The notes beneath the pieces are model-generated. The model was given only the letters and a program-made list of their open reading frames with translations. It was not told where the DNA came from and did not search any database. 64,000 nt of DNA from Hydrolagus affinis (Eukaryota). Position numbers and translations under genes: made by a program. Shown piece by piece: positions 25,298-39,122 of the stretch. The first letter of the stretch is position 1. Every line of letters starts with the position of its first letter. Where the stretch lies: positions 1 through 64,000 of the forward strand of contig JAAILG010001037.1 in the NCBI GenBank assembly GCA_012026655.1, read 5' to 3'.

Positions 25298-25390
25298 GAA
25301 ACAAAAATAGCAATCACTCAGCAGATCAGGCAACATCTATAGAGAAAGGAGGGGGAGTCAATGTTTCGGGTCCACGACCCTTCGTCAGAA
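25298..25390 (-). mobile_element. Penelope-like terminal fragment with a minimal hammerhead-like motif
   Basis: Minus strand: ctgacgaagggtcgtggacccgaaacattgac..gatgttgcctgatctgctgagt; homologous to 39033-39122. Confidence 0.7.
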
Positions 25391-25846
25391 TACAGTGTTA
25401 GGTTGTTGTTATGCATTTTGTTTTCACTTTACAATATATTCTGTGAAATGCTTTGAAATATCTAGAAGACGTGAAAAGCACTATATCAAATACAAGGATC
25501 ATTATTATTATTCATATATTCAAGGCTGATTCTGTAACAGGTGTCCTTCATTGTCAGAGGTGCAATCCTTTGAAAGAGACATTACACTGAGCTCTCACCA
25601 GTGTCCATGTTCAGGTGGGACATTATTAGTTTTAACTCTGGGATTTTTGCTGATCAAATCGAGACCCTGGTTTGAGTGTATTTCCTGTGGAGTGGTGATG
25701 TTGGTTTCCAGGCCTGTCTTACAGTAACAGTCACACTGAAAACAGATGTCTGTTAAATTGCTCATGAAGAAACTCGAGGCTATAGGCAACAGCTGCTTGT
25801 AGATGATAGTAATAAATGATCATATATCCAGGGCTTGGTCACCTTG

Positions 25847-26100
25847 AAATCTGGAATTCTCTCCCCAAAAGTTTGTGGATAAATCTGGAATTCTCTCCCC
25901 AAAGAAGGCCATGGATACTGGATCCATCAATACCTTCTGGAGTGAGGTTGATGAATTTTTGGTAGGGCAGGGTATTAAGGGATACGGGGAGAAAGCAGGA
26001 AATTGGAATTGAAAGGAATAGTAGAGGTCCAGAACAGCTATAATCTAATTAAATGGCGGAACAGACTCAAAGGGCTGAATGGCCTAATCCTGTTCCTGAT
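25847..26100 (+). mobile_element. CR1 3' end
   Basis: tggaattctctcccc (WNSLP) ... gggctgaatggcctaatcctgttcct; includes a ~23-bp local duplication. Confidence 0.75.
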
Positions 26101-27559
26101 TGGCATGCAGAGAGGTAAGTAGCTATTGCTCAGATTCTGTACCTCCAACTGGTGAACAAGGCAACACAACTGGAACCAAGGAAGCGCAGAATCACACCAG
26201 GCTTGATGACTCAGAATCCATTCAAAGCAATAAAGGTACATAAATAATACATCACAAGGAGCTCCCTACCGCAACTCCCTGAGAGCATTGTGTTTGCAGT
26301 TCAAAGCTCAACATAGATGACTCAAGGATGATGGATGTAAAATCTTCCACATGATATCCATCAGTCTCCCGAGCAGACAACCTGTGGGATGATAAAGCTT
26401 TGTGAAATGTCTCTGACCCAAGAGCAATCAAGCAAAGCCCTTGGCTGTGAATCAAGCTATGCTACTCAGTTACAAGATGAAATTGCCAGTGATTCATCTA
26501 TGACACATGAATTTGTGGTTCATCTGCTAGTGGTTGAATCATCTGTGTTCTCCAATACAATTCATGCCTTGAATCCTTCCAGCATCTTAGGACATCCACT
26601 GACGTATAGGGCACCATATAAACTTAAAAGTTGTTCTATGCTCTAATGCTAATTACAATTCTAGGCTATGCTGCGAAGTTCTTGTTTCAAAGGAATTAAT
26701 AGCAATCAGTTTGTGTCAAGCATCTCTTACATCAATATATTTCTCAGCAATGTTGGAAGAGGGAGGGATAGGAAAGAAAAAGGCAGTGGAGGAAATTGCT
26801 TGGTCTCTAATCTCACTGGAAGTTTCCTTGATCGTTGAGTGCTCACATCCTCTGGTTCTGCTACCCTTCCTCCTTGGGTGTTCAAATCTCCTGCTTTTAC
26901 TTATTCTTTCGTACTGTATCAGACAGTGAAACTCCTTACCTCATCTTCATTTTCTTCCTTTCCTGCCACAAATGACATGTTTTTAAAAAGTCAAACATTG
27001 GCAGCACTTAAAATGACTTCTCTACCAGTTTCATCTCTGATTCTGATTCTCTGGGCACTTGTTGAGTGAGACCCAACTAACCTAATTTTCAATGAAAATT
27101 TCAATGAAAAAAAAGATCAGGGAGCACTGGCACATCTCATGGGGGAGGGGGGGAGACAAAGCAAAATCTGTTACCAATAAGCAGTAAAGACCTGATGCTC
27201 TGCTTAAAAAGTTCTCATGCTTGACATCTGATTTTGCCATCTTTCTCCCTCTAGTGGTTTTAATGAAAAGAACAACATTATCTTCTATTTCAAATCATCT
27301 TTTATAATCTATACTAATAAGTGTTTGTCTGTGTTTCCTCCACTCACACAATAACCGATTGACGTAGACACATGATTTGTACCTCAACAGAAAGGTATTG
27401 CATCTGGCAGTGTAATGGGCAGTTGTTTGTAGGGGGGGTGGGGACAGTACCTCCTATGGTTGATGAACTACTGTATATATTTTTAAAAAAGCTTCAATTA
27501 AGCTCCAAAATATGAGGTATTTGAGATGGAAAGCACACATCATTCCGAGATAAATCTAT

Positions 27560-27935
27560 ATTCTGACCCACAACCGTGGCCACCCCCTCGACCTCATCAT
27601 CACACATGGCCTTGACATATCCGACCTGTGCATAATGGACAAGGCCATCTAGGACCACTTCCTCATCAACTTCTCTCACATCCCTCTCTCCTCCACCAAG
27701 CCCTCAACTATACTTTTCCGCTAATGGAAAATGCTTCCCCCCCCCCACCCCCGAGACCCTCACAAAGGCCCTCTCATCTTCAGACCTCTTATCCCTCTGA
27801 CCTTCCACCTGCAGAGATCCTGAAACAGCTGTCAAGCTGCTCCATGAATGCCTCTCCTCCACCTATAACTCTCTCGTCCCCCTAAAATCCAGGACAGCCT
27901 CCAAACCCCCCCGATCCCTCTGGTGTAACGGTCAT
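27560..27935 (+). mobile_element. L2-type LINE APE endonuclease fragment
   Basis: Translates THNRGHPLDLIITHGLDISDLCIMDKAI*DHFLINFS, the LDL...SDH motif, with an in-frame stop. Confidence 0.75.
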
Positions 27936-28868
27936 GGTAGTTTTTTCTGATTGTTATGGGAGCTAGAGCCCTCCCACGTAGGACAGATGGAGAGAGACTG
28001 ATAGAAATAGTGAGAGACTGGGAGACACTGTGAGAGAATATATTATAAAGTGTAGTGACTATGTTTTGTGGGAGAGAAAGATAAAGATTGCGACTGAGAC
28101 AGAAACACATACGTACACAGCAAAACTGAGAGACAGAAAGAGAGTGTCAGAGAGAAAATATATTAAAGCAATCCTCTCAGCTGAGTATAAAGACAAAATG
28201 TCTGGGTGACAATCTACATTCCATATTGGATCCAAGCGTAGTTGCAATGGTTATCGCTAACTAATGCAGCAGTCAATTTTGCACAACAGTGTCCCACAAA
28301 CAGTTGTGGATTGAAGTGACCAATTTTATTCATATTATTGCTTACCCCTTTCTCATCAAGGTGGTGACTTACGGTCCACAGATATCAATCAATACCTCAC
28401 TGGGCCCATGGTTCGATAACCCTGGATATTGCAGATCTACAACTGGTTCAAATCTATTTTGCAACAAGGTTTACTGGTTACAAGAACCTGAGCTGATTCG
28501 TTTTTTTCCTTTCTACCCCAGGGACCAACGACAATTGTATCATATCCACTGCCCCCACACTGCGATCTGTCAATTCAAAAGAAAAAGAACTTTGAACTCA
28601 CTTTGAACATTGTTGTTGTTTGGTTGCCGTGTTTCGCTTACAAAATATACAGTCAATTCACTTTACAGTATATTCTGTGAAGTGCTTTGAGACGTCTCGA
28701 AGTTGTGATAAGTGCTTTATCAAATGCAAAGATTATTGTATCAACAGCATACCTACAGACCAATAATAAAAAGCACGTGTATCAGGATACGAAGTGCAGA
28801 ACAGTCTCTTCTTCACTGCTGTACTTCTTAAGTTTAAGTCAACAAGGGAACAACAAGGGTAAAAAAAA

Positions 28869-28869
<1 letters not shown>

Positions 28870-28899
<30 letters not shown>
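28870..28899. repeat. (CA)n microsatellite
   Basis: Pure CA run of about 15 units. Confidence 0.95.
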
Positions 28900-28900
<1 letters not shown>

Positions 28901-31900
28901 TGCCGCAATATTTATGTACATTTCGGCAACTGTGCATTGAAACATTGCAGTCAATTTTCTTTATTTTTTTTAAGACTTGACACTTTCAATTTTTTATACA
29001 CAGGATACAGTTAAATCACAAGTTTTCTTTTTGCAGGGAAAAGAAAATGTACAACAGCTTCCCATCCCTCGGGGGGGGGAAAAAAATCATTTGTGGGGCC
29101 ATTTGAAAAATTAAGTCATATTCTGCACAAAAAATTATCCGGATGTTGGTGGGGATACGCAGGGATGAAAGGCCTAACTCAAAGTTCCCTTCAACCTTCA
29201 ACATAAGAAAATCTGCGCAACAATGAGCCCTGTAACAAAAGATATATTCTCTTCCCCCCACCCCCCTACCCCATATTGGAAAAGCAGCAAAACACAAACC
29301 CTCTGCACATAATGATGGAATTTGTGGATAGAGGAAATTATACACAATGCATTACTGCGTTGTGCAGAAAAGAATTGTGGAAAAATGTAATAGAATTGTG
29401 CTCATGTTTGGATCAAGGGGTGGAAGGTTTGCACCATACCCAGCTAATCACTCCCCAAGTAAACAGCTCTGGGAGTTTGCTCTCTCTCTCCATCGCTATC
29501 TGGCCCCATAGTCTGCAAAGACTCAGGGAAACTGCTCTGCACTCATTCAATATATGTGGTTTGCATATTTACCACACTATTTCTGTGACTAAGACTGTAT
29601 GGTAATAAGCAGCGTGGCTCAACAGGGGAACTAAATCCAATTCCTTATATTGATGGTACTTTTCACCATCCCATTCCTCTGAATGCTGATCTGCCATTTC
29701 TTATTCCTCTCATCTTGGAATACTCGGAAGTTCACAAATTCATCCTTCTCTGGTTGCCAAAGCACATGGTTGGTTTGGTGACCCGTGGAACTCAAATCTG
29801 CTCCACTGAAGCCAACAACATTACTTGATGAGAAGGATACAACTTGAAATATACATGCGCTAACCTGTCTGCAATTCTTGGTAAGATTCTTTCATGAAAA
29901 ATCAGGTTGGCTATCAAAAGTGGAATCAAAACAGCAAGAAATTAGGATAACATGCAATGGAATTGACATAAATGCACCAAGATAGAATACGTTACCCAAT
30001 TTCTCTTTTTCTTATGAAAATATGTGATAACTTTTAACAATGTCAAGCTCGTTTTTCCTGACTATTTGCAAGAATAAAAAACAGCCACCTAAGATCTTCC
30101 TCTCCCATCACTGAAGCTGCTTGTAACAATTGTCTACATTTGATTTTTCTTTTAATAAACAGTTTGCAGACATCTCTGCTGAATTTGAGCATTTTATTTT
30201 GGAACCTAATTCTAACAAACTACTTACAATTTATAACTTGCAGTAATAACTAATGTACTTCCTGATCCCTTGAAAATTATTATATTCAGAGGAGCTCAAA
30301 GCTCTGTTAAGCCCTGCCCTGCTGAGCCTCATCTTGTAACCAGTGAATGCCATTGACAAATCAGTAACCGGCATTTATTTGTTCACTGGTCCAGGACCAT
30401 ACTGGTCTCTCTGTCCTGGATAACATTTGCAGAGTGGAAATAGAACAGGAATGGGCCGTTTTCCTCTCCTCCACAGGAAACTTTACTCCATTCCACTGCA
30501 ATTGTACTATCATGGGGAATCCCTGCAGAATCTTCACAGTAAAGGACAACCCTAGAAATGGTTTTGTGATCTGCCATTTTGGGCAAAAATTATTGATCTG
30601 TTTAATTAAAGCAGTCGCGTAAATATCTTTGTCGCTTTTAGCTGTCAATCGGGTGATATAGAACAACGGTCCCTCACTCTCCCACTCTTCCTCCCCCGAG
30701 CAGAGAGGCTGCTAACTCTTATTACAGTAACACAAGTCTAAAGGAGCCAGACTCAGTTTGTTCACCGGCAGTGGATGTGATTCCACTGGGGAGGGAAAAA
30801 AAAACACTCCTTCCGGTTCACTGCTGATATAATACCAATTATTCTCGGCCAAATCACAAACCATTAATACTGTGCAAATGTTTTAGATTTATTGCCTTTG
30901 AATTTCGCCTTTTGTTTTCTTTTAAAAGAAGGGTGCATTGGCTGTGTGTATGTTGTTTCGAGGTACGTCAAATGCAAACAAGCCTGCAATGCTTACACAG
31001 TATCACTGCTCAACATTTCCAAGAGGAGTGAAATCAGCACAAAGCGTTTTGCCTGGGGAGGGAACATTTTTCCACTGACCCAGGTCCCTACCCACCCCTT
31101 CAAAAAAAAAGCACACACTGAAAGTCAAGCCTTAAAAGGGACAAAGAAAGAAATTTAAAAAAAATCAAGCCCCAGGTCATGAATTATAGCATGCAGTCTA
31201 TTCAACACCACAGACACAAATTTCTCAAATAGTCAGGCTCTAGTCGGTATCCATTACACAGCATCCTAGCCACCCTAGAGAGAGGAAATCAAATTTGACA
31301 AATTAATGCATAAAACCAATGAGGATATCTACACATTAGTACTGCATAATACATAAATAAATCAGTAAAGAGTCGACCGATATACAAGGAAAGATACCAT
31401 TATCAGAAGGCCAGGCGCCCACCTCTCCCTGGGAATGGCTGGCGTTTCATTATTCAGGTTACAAGGCCCTCGGGGGAGATATTGAAATATTGAATATTTT
31501 GATATTCTACATGAAGAAAAGATAATAGGTCATCATCATCTGTGCACAGCACATTATTTGGGGGTAAAAATTTATTCAAATTCTGTAGTGATTACTTTGT
31601 ACCACCAATTCTGGCTTTGACATTTTACAATGCTCAACCCCAGCCTTCAGCCATCTACTTGCACAAATTCAAATGAAGTTTATAAATATTAAAAAGTGCT
31701 GTTTAATCACAATGTCCTCAAAATCCTTATGGTCACACTCCACATTCCGACTCAGAGGTTCCCCCTTACACATTCCACCTGTTCCAACCTGTACAGTACT
31801 CACCATTAGAAAGCCACCAGTGGATACCAGACACAATACCACTAGAAAACCAGCGACCTGACTATGGTGGGTCCGCACTCCCACCATAAACCGCCACAAA

Positions 31901-34128
31901 CTGCGACACTGGCCGCCAACTCTGCCATCAAATCATTGATCTAAGTATCCTCTTACCAACTGTACACTCTACTCTACAGGCTGTTCAGCCATGTGCTTAC
32001 CAACGTGCACATCCCATCCCAGTTCACTTCATCAGTGGGTTCTCAACGGGTCACAAGGCCCACTACAAAAAGGAAATGAAAGAGTGCCTGGGAATGAGCG
32101 TATAGATGGGGTGGGGATCTATATGCATTCTGGTTGGTAATTTGAGGCAGATCAACACAACACAATCCTTTTATTACAGTGAACGATTGGCCAAGATTGA
32201 AAGGGAATATACATCACAAAAAAAATCTGCTAAATGCCAAACTCAGTCAAAAAGTTACAGAATGTTTATCTTAAGGATTTAGTTGTGTGTGTTACAAAGC
32301 TCACTCCCAACACTAAGCCCCTGATCACAGATCACAGGGTTCAAGTATTTAACAAGTAAGTTAAGAAGTTACCATTCGAGCGAATTTTAGAACAATTCAA
32401 ATTTAAAGCAAAGGTTTATTAAATAGAATGCGTTGCAGAAATTAGTAATGTAGTTGTGACCATTTGACATTTAAAAAGGATAAGTATTTAAAGAGGAACA
32501 ATATCAAAGGGCACTGGGAAACAGCAAGAAAATGGGATTAGAGAAATTAGCTTCAGAGGAGAATGTAACAACACATTGGCCATATAATGTATTCTCTTTC
32601 TGTGCTGTAATTTCTATAATTCTATGAGAAAAATTAGAAAAGTAACAGTAATCTCATCAAAACATTTTCAGCAAGTGTCGAAACAGAAGACCAACTTGCC
32701 TGTCAAAATGCTTGATAATAATAATCCTTACATTTGAATATGGCAGTTTATCACATCTTCGAGATGTCTCAAAGTGCTTCACAAAACATACTGAAAAGTG
32801 GAGTGACTATATTTTGTGGGTGAAATGCAGCAACCAATTGCGCACAGCAGCGTCCCACAGACAGTTGTGAATTGAAGTAACTGATTTATTATTATTATTT
32901 TGTTGAAAGAATTATTATCCCCGAATATCAACAAACAAGCAGGTTCCTACTTACTGCTAGGCAAACCGAGACATGTGGAGTAAGGAAACTTGCCCTAGAT
33001 TCCTACTGAGAATCGAACCCAGGTCTCTTGCTTGTGAGGCGAGTGCTCTAACCACTGATTCAATAACTGGTAGGTCAGAATGAGGACATGTCAACTATCA
33101 GAATAACAGGGGGTGGGGGAGGTAGGACAAGTACTTGGTGCCATGAATTCCCAGGTTTGTTTTGTACATACTATACATTTATCCCTAAAATCACCTCACT
33201 TTCCAGTCCCAAAAGGTTGTCTAAACCCATTTGTCTCCATTAATGCTGAAAGCTATTTGCTTACATTTCCTCGTTTTTAATGAACTTTCATTGGGAGGCA
33301 GGAAGTTAATGATCAATTTAATCCAGCCTCCAGACGAAATCTCAATATCTATAAAACTGGATCTTGGTAATCCAAATCTCCATCACTACACCAAGTAAGA
33401 TCAACAAGCTCCACTTATAACAGCAAAAATCAGGTTTGGGAGTACAGCTTCATCCATTAAAAGGGAAAAACAGCAACAACAAAATTACATTTGTAAACTT
33501 TCTTGACCATCAAACTGTGTGTCAACAAAATCTTCCCACATCTCTTCACATACCTTAACACTGCTCAACACATTTCTCTGATTAGACAGTTTGAAATTAA
33601 TCATCCATTTGCTTTGCCTTTACAATGGAGAGATTTAGTAGCAAGAAAATAGCAGCTTAATTCAAAATACAGAACAATGCTGCCAGAGGCATTTTTTGTG
33701 GTTTCAGAGGCACCACTGCAAGGTGATGGGGCAAGGGGAGGGAGAGAGAAGCAATTGGAGGGCAAAGAGGAAGGAATGGGAAGGGGTTCCCAGCCATCAG
33801 TCGGACTGGTAACATCGGTCGACCCTTTACATTGGTTACAGTTGTGTTCTGCGATTATGGCTGTGGGTGTGTGTATGGGCTCACTCTGCAATTAGTTCAT
33901 CAGCCATCAGAGCCTACACCGACAGCAGGGAGAACGGCCTGCTGACAGACAATGCCGCCTCGCTTCATCCTGGTTGAAAAAAACAAGTTTTTTGTTTTTA
34001 AATTATGCATTTAGTTTATTCAAATCCTTCATTTCGACATGTGGCTTCATCAGCATGTCAGGCTGAGGAAAACCACAGAGAGCAATGGTACACAAACGGG
34101 GACTGCTGCAGAACCGTCTTTCCAGTGG
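28900..34128 (-). other. Probable long ABI2 3' UTR (distal end uncertain)
   Basis: Follows the stop codon. Minus-strand AATAAA at 34015-34020, 32415-32420, 31571-31576, 30888-30893 and 28960-28965. Repeat-poor U-rich blocks at about 30.9-31.7 kb and 28.9-29.4 kb. Confidence 0.45.
32715..33058 (-). mobile_element. tRNA-derived SINE within the putative ABI2 3' UTR
   Basis: Tail, body and head (aatcgaacccaggtctcttgcttgtgaggcgagtgctctaaccactga) in reverse, with a ~55-bp internal insertion. Confidence 0.85.
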
Positions 34129-34326
<198 letters not shown>

Positions 34327-34569
34327 TTAACAGAGTGGCAAAGAGCACAATCTCATTGAGTACCAAGTGAGAAAAGGTTGCTTGTACTGTCTGCCTCTTC
34401 CATTTCCCAATTTTCTTTGTGTTAAATAATTTATTTTGTGATGAGTTTTGTTTCTTGGGGAAGCTGGAGTCACCAGCAGAAACTCTTGTTGCTGTTTGGA
34501 GATGCAGTTGGAGATAATATTAGCAACATTTCACTGAACTGATGACCATGTACTGACATTATTGCCCTC

Positions 34570-34870
34570 TCAACAACTTGGATTTTTGTAGCGTCCTCCA
34601 CGCCAGACGGTGTCTCAGAACTCTTCACAATAACAGATCCCGGGGCCGAGCCAGGGGGAGGGGGAAAAAAGGTGACCAAAACCACAGTCAAAAAGAAGTC
34701 TTCAGGAATGACCTGAAAATAGAAGAGGAGGGGCGAGGTGAAGGGAATGAGGAGGGAGTTCCAGAGCCTCGGGGCTTAGTGGCCGAAGGCACGGCCGCTG
34801 ACGTTGGGATGAAGGATTCGGGGGACAAGGAGGAGGCCAGGATTCAGTAGAGCGAAGGCAACGGGTACTC
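34570..34870 (-). mobile_element. L2-type LINE 3' fragment in the last ABI2 intron
   Basis: Reverse complement of the 25004-25258 tail subtype. Confidence 0.78.
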
Positions 34871-34970
34871 ACTATTAAAGACAATATTTGTCCTTATTAG
34901 TAAGTCATCATTTTTAATGAGTTTAAGATTTTCGTCCCCATGAATCTCAAGTGGACCGAACAGTTGATCA

Positions 34971-35417
<447 letters not shown>

Positions 35418-36152
35418 TCACATAATTTCTGTTTGGGTGACTGAAGCAACGGCTCATTTTTGGACCATCAAACCACATTCCAATCTGCAAAAGATTCATC
35501 TGCGAGGAAATGTGTGACTTTTGCTGCATGAAACTCTCCCAGATTATTCTGGCTTCATTGTGAATAACAATTATATTGATGTTGACACTATAACTTACGA
35601 CAAACCATTGCATTGGATTTGTTGGTGGAATGAGCCCAGCATCCTCCCCCAACCCACACACACTGCCCATAGTTACTGATTCACTTGAGGGTTTTTTGTT
35701 CCAGGAGTTATGGAACACAAGGACCTAACTTAAATGGAGCCTGCTCTACTGGAAGAGAACTGGACAGCAGGATAGGCACCATACACTCCTGTAGGCTGAA
35801 GCAGGTTTGAGGGAAAGCAAATCTGTTTTGCAGCACAACCACTCTGAGGAAGGTTGCATGAAATTAAATGGTCAAAGTTTCAAATAACAGTGACTAAAGT
35901 AAAGTGCACCGTCTGCAAAAGATTGTCACTCTGCTACTGTGCAACTTCAACCACGTGTCCATTAACAATCAGAGTTCACCACTTTTTTGGAGCAGAATTG
36001 AAATCAGGGCTCAGTTCCAAGTGAAGCCAAGTCTCCAGTAACAGGAAAGTATGCAGAATGCTCATCGACAGTGGTTCCAGTAGCTTCTCGTGTTTATATC
36101 ACCGTATTAACATATCAGGTATACAAAATTTAAAACTGAACCAAAATGTAAT

Positions 36153-36462
36153 ATAATAATAATCCTTTCATTTGAGATAGCACTTTTCACGTCTTCTAAG
36201 CGTCACAGAGCGCTTCCCGGAACATAATGTAAAGTGAAGTGACTGTATATTTGTGGACGAAATGCAGCAGCCAATTGCGCACAGCAGCGTCCCACAAGCA
36301 GTCATGAATTGAAATGACCAATTTATTATCGGGTTTTTTTTTGTTAGGGATTATTATCAGGCGTGTAGAGTAAGGAAACTTGCCCAGGGTTTCTCCCTGC
36401 CTGCCACTGAACCCGGGTCTCTCGCTTGTGAGGCGAGTGCTGTAACCACAGAGCCACAGGAC
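36153..36462 (-). mobile_element. tRNA-derived SINE, full length
   Basis: Complete reverse copy; the head has anticodon loop ct-CAC-aa. Confidence 0.88.
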
Positions 36463-37691
36463 ACAAAAAATGTAAACCCAGATCAACATCTGAGGCTGAA
36501 TCACAATAGTTGGACAAGAGAACATAGATTTCAAGTTGTAAAGGGCTCATTCAGGACAGATACCAGGAAATTTTTATTTTCACAGAGTAATCAATGACTC
36601 CCCGAATGACTGGGGGCCAGGAAAGGTAGTAGAGGCCAAGACACTAGATTGATTTAAAGCATAGTTTGATGCAGTGATGAGGGAATGGTTGAGAGGATGC
36701 TTTGGAAGGGTGAGATTGGATGGGGTGAAAGGTCTTCTTCATCCAGACCAATCTTGTGATCATGTGAACATACCTGAATGAATCAGGCAGCAGTAGTATA
36801 ACCACCTCAATGAGTGTTTCTTGACTTACCAAATCAACCATTACCACAACGTCTTTACATTGCTAAAATATATATTCTCCATCCACATTAATTACATCAC
36901 TTTTATCGTGCATCGCATTGTTCCAATAGAAAACATCTTGCAGGGTTTTCTTAAGGTATGTTATAAGGTTCGACAAATTAACACAAAATGGATGACATTT
37001 TTAGTGTGGTCAGCTACAGACACTTGCTTTGCAATGTTACAACACCCACAGCTCAATCTTTATGCATAAATTTGAATTATGCCACGTTTGTCCTGAACAC
37101 AAACGAAAATCAAACAGTTTGGATGAGAGGCATAGAGGCAAGTGATATTTTTTAATAAATTCGGCAGCCTGATAATCTGGTTAAGATTATGTGGTTAAAG
37201 TGTTTTTGTTCCCTGTATCATGCAAAACCTGTGCAATCCAACTCTGATGGCCTTGTGGTAACCACAGAGGGGTAGGCTGTGTGGTGCAGTGCAGCAGAAA
37301 ACTCAGCAGCAGAGGTTGAGTCAGATACAGTTAGTATTATGATTAAACCACACCATCTAAAGTGGCTTTTTGAAATATACCCCAAATGCATGCAAAGCGT
37401 TTGAAACCCAGAGGAAGTGGTTTAGACCATGCAAAAAGAGATTCGGCACAATTGCTTTTAGGGTCATTTCTTGGAAAGCCTGCGGTATTGCAGTAAAGAG
37501 CCTTTCAGCATCAAGACAAAGGCTGAATAATTAAAAAGGTCTTATTGCCGCCTGTTAACAGTTCAGAAGTAAGAGAACGTCATTTCATTCGTCTGGACTT
37601 TTGGGTGTAGCTCATCATTTTTTGTAAATTACCACTGAAGACACAGAAAGCACAGCCTCCGATAGAGAGGAAGTGGAAAGCGTGAACTTAC

Positions 37692-37778
37692 TGTTTTCCT
37701 GGACTCTGGCCACAAAGCCCATCAGCGGTAACTGTGGTGTAACCTGCAGAATAGAAGGTGGGGGCGGAGCAAGGGACT
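37692..37778 (-). CDS. ABI2: ABI2 87-nt cassette-type exon
   Basis: (E)SLAPPPPSILQVTPQLPLMGFVARVQEN; ctgcag| and |gtaagt; phase 1-1. Matches the 29-aa alternative segment of ABI1/ABI2. Confidence 0.93.
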
Positions 37779-38154
37779 CTGCAGCCGAGGACAGACACAG
37801 GGAAAAGAGGGAAAGGAACAAACAGCAGTGAGAAGCAGATAGCGAATGCTCATAAATGAAAACCCAGATTCCCGCACACCACAGCTGCACCAACACACCC
37901 ATCAGGAGAAGCACAGCTTTCTGTAGCTGAGAGACACAAGACTCCAGCAACACCTAAACAGTGCCACAGGTACTGATGCAATTCCCATTAATAGGCTTCA
38001 AGAGTGAAAAACTTCAAATATCAACAAGTTAAATTGTTTATTTCCAAATAACGCTCACATGCCTCTCACTATTTGATTTCCCCCCATCCATCTGCCTTGT
38101 ATTTGTACACTCCAAAACCCCACTCGATGTTCCCACTAACAGGATAGAATGAAA

Positions 38155-38592
38155 ACAACAATTTGCACTTATATAGCGCCCTCCACACCGGGTAGGGTCT
38201 CACAATGCTTAACAGTGGCGAAGCCTGAACTCCGAGCTGAGGGTGGGGGCGTAAGCACGGTCAAACAGAAAGTTTTTCAGATGGGGAGTGCACTGGGAGT
38301 AATCCAAGTGGGAGTTTAGAAACACATGCACAAGGGTTTCGGCTACATTTGGAGTAAAGTACTGTTGAGGGTGGGCAATATGGCGGAGGTGGAATAAGGT
38401 GGTCCTGGTCAGGGACCAGATGTGGGGGAGGAAGGACACTTGAGGATCGAACTGGGCGCCTAGAGTGCACAGAGATTCGGTGAGTCTGAGGGAGAGTTCA
38501 AGGACGTTGAGGAGTTCAGAACCACAGGAGTGAAGATGTTGACCAGAGCCAAGGCTTCCATCTTGTCAATGTTCAGCTGCAGGAAGCCTGAC
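38155..38592 (-). mobile_element. L2-type LINE 3' fragment
   Basis: FLQLNIDKMEAL and FHLRHIAH..AETLVHVFLNSHLDY remnants plus tail. Confidence 0.8.
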
Positions 38593-39032
38593 AAATTGAT
38601 TTTCCAATGAGGCGCCTGGTTTGTAGAGGCAACCAAGATCAATATTGTATACACACATATATATAATATATATGTAGACACACACCACACCCACGCACTT
38701 AAACCATGCATGTCCGAAACAGGCACACACACAAAACACACAGGCAGTTCTGACCCATTTGAAACCACAAGCACAACCTCCACCTAAGCTACACACAGAC
38801 ATATCACCTCCTCTTCCCCAAAACCTAAATCACACACAACACACACACACGCACATCATCCATCCACCAGAACCTAAATTATATTCTTCTGCTCACCCCA
38901 CTCCACCTCATACCTAAACTTAAACCACATGTATCCCACTCACCAACTCTCCAGAAGGAGTAACTGGAAAACAGTTCCATTCCCAGGGACTCAAAGTGCT
39001 TCTCTGTGTTAGATCAGCTGCCTCAGAACTGA

Positions 39033-39122
39033 CTGACGAAGGGTTGTAGACCCGAAATGTTGACTCTTTTTCCTGGATGCTGCCTGACCTGCTGAGTTTC
39101 CCCAGCAACTTCTGTTTTTGTT
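39033..39122 (+). mobile_element. Penelope-like terminal fragment with a minimal hammerhead-like motif
   Basis: ctgacgaagggttgtagacccgaaatgttgac..gatgctgcctgacctgctgagtttccccagca. Confidence 0.7.
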
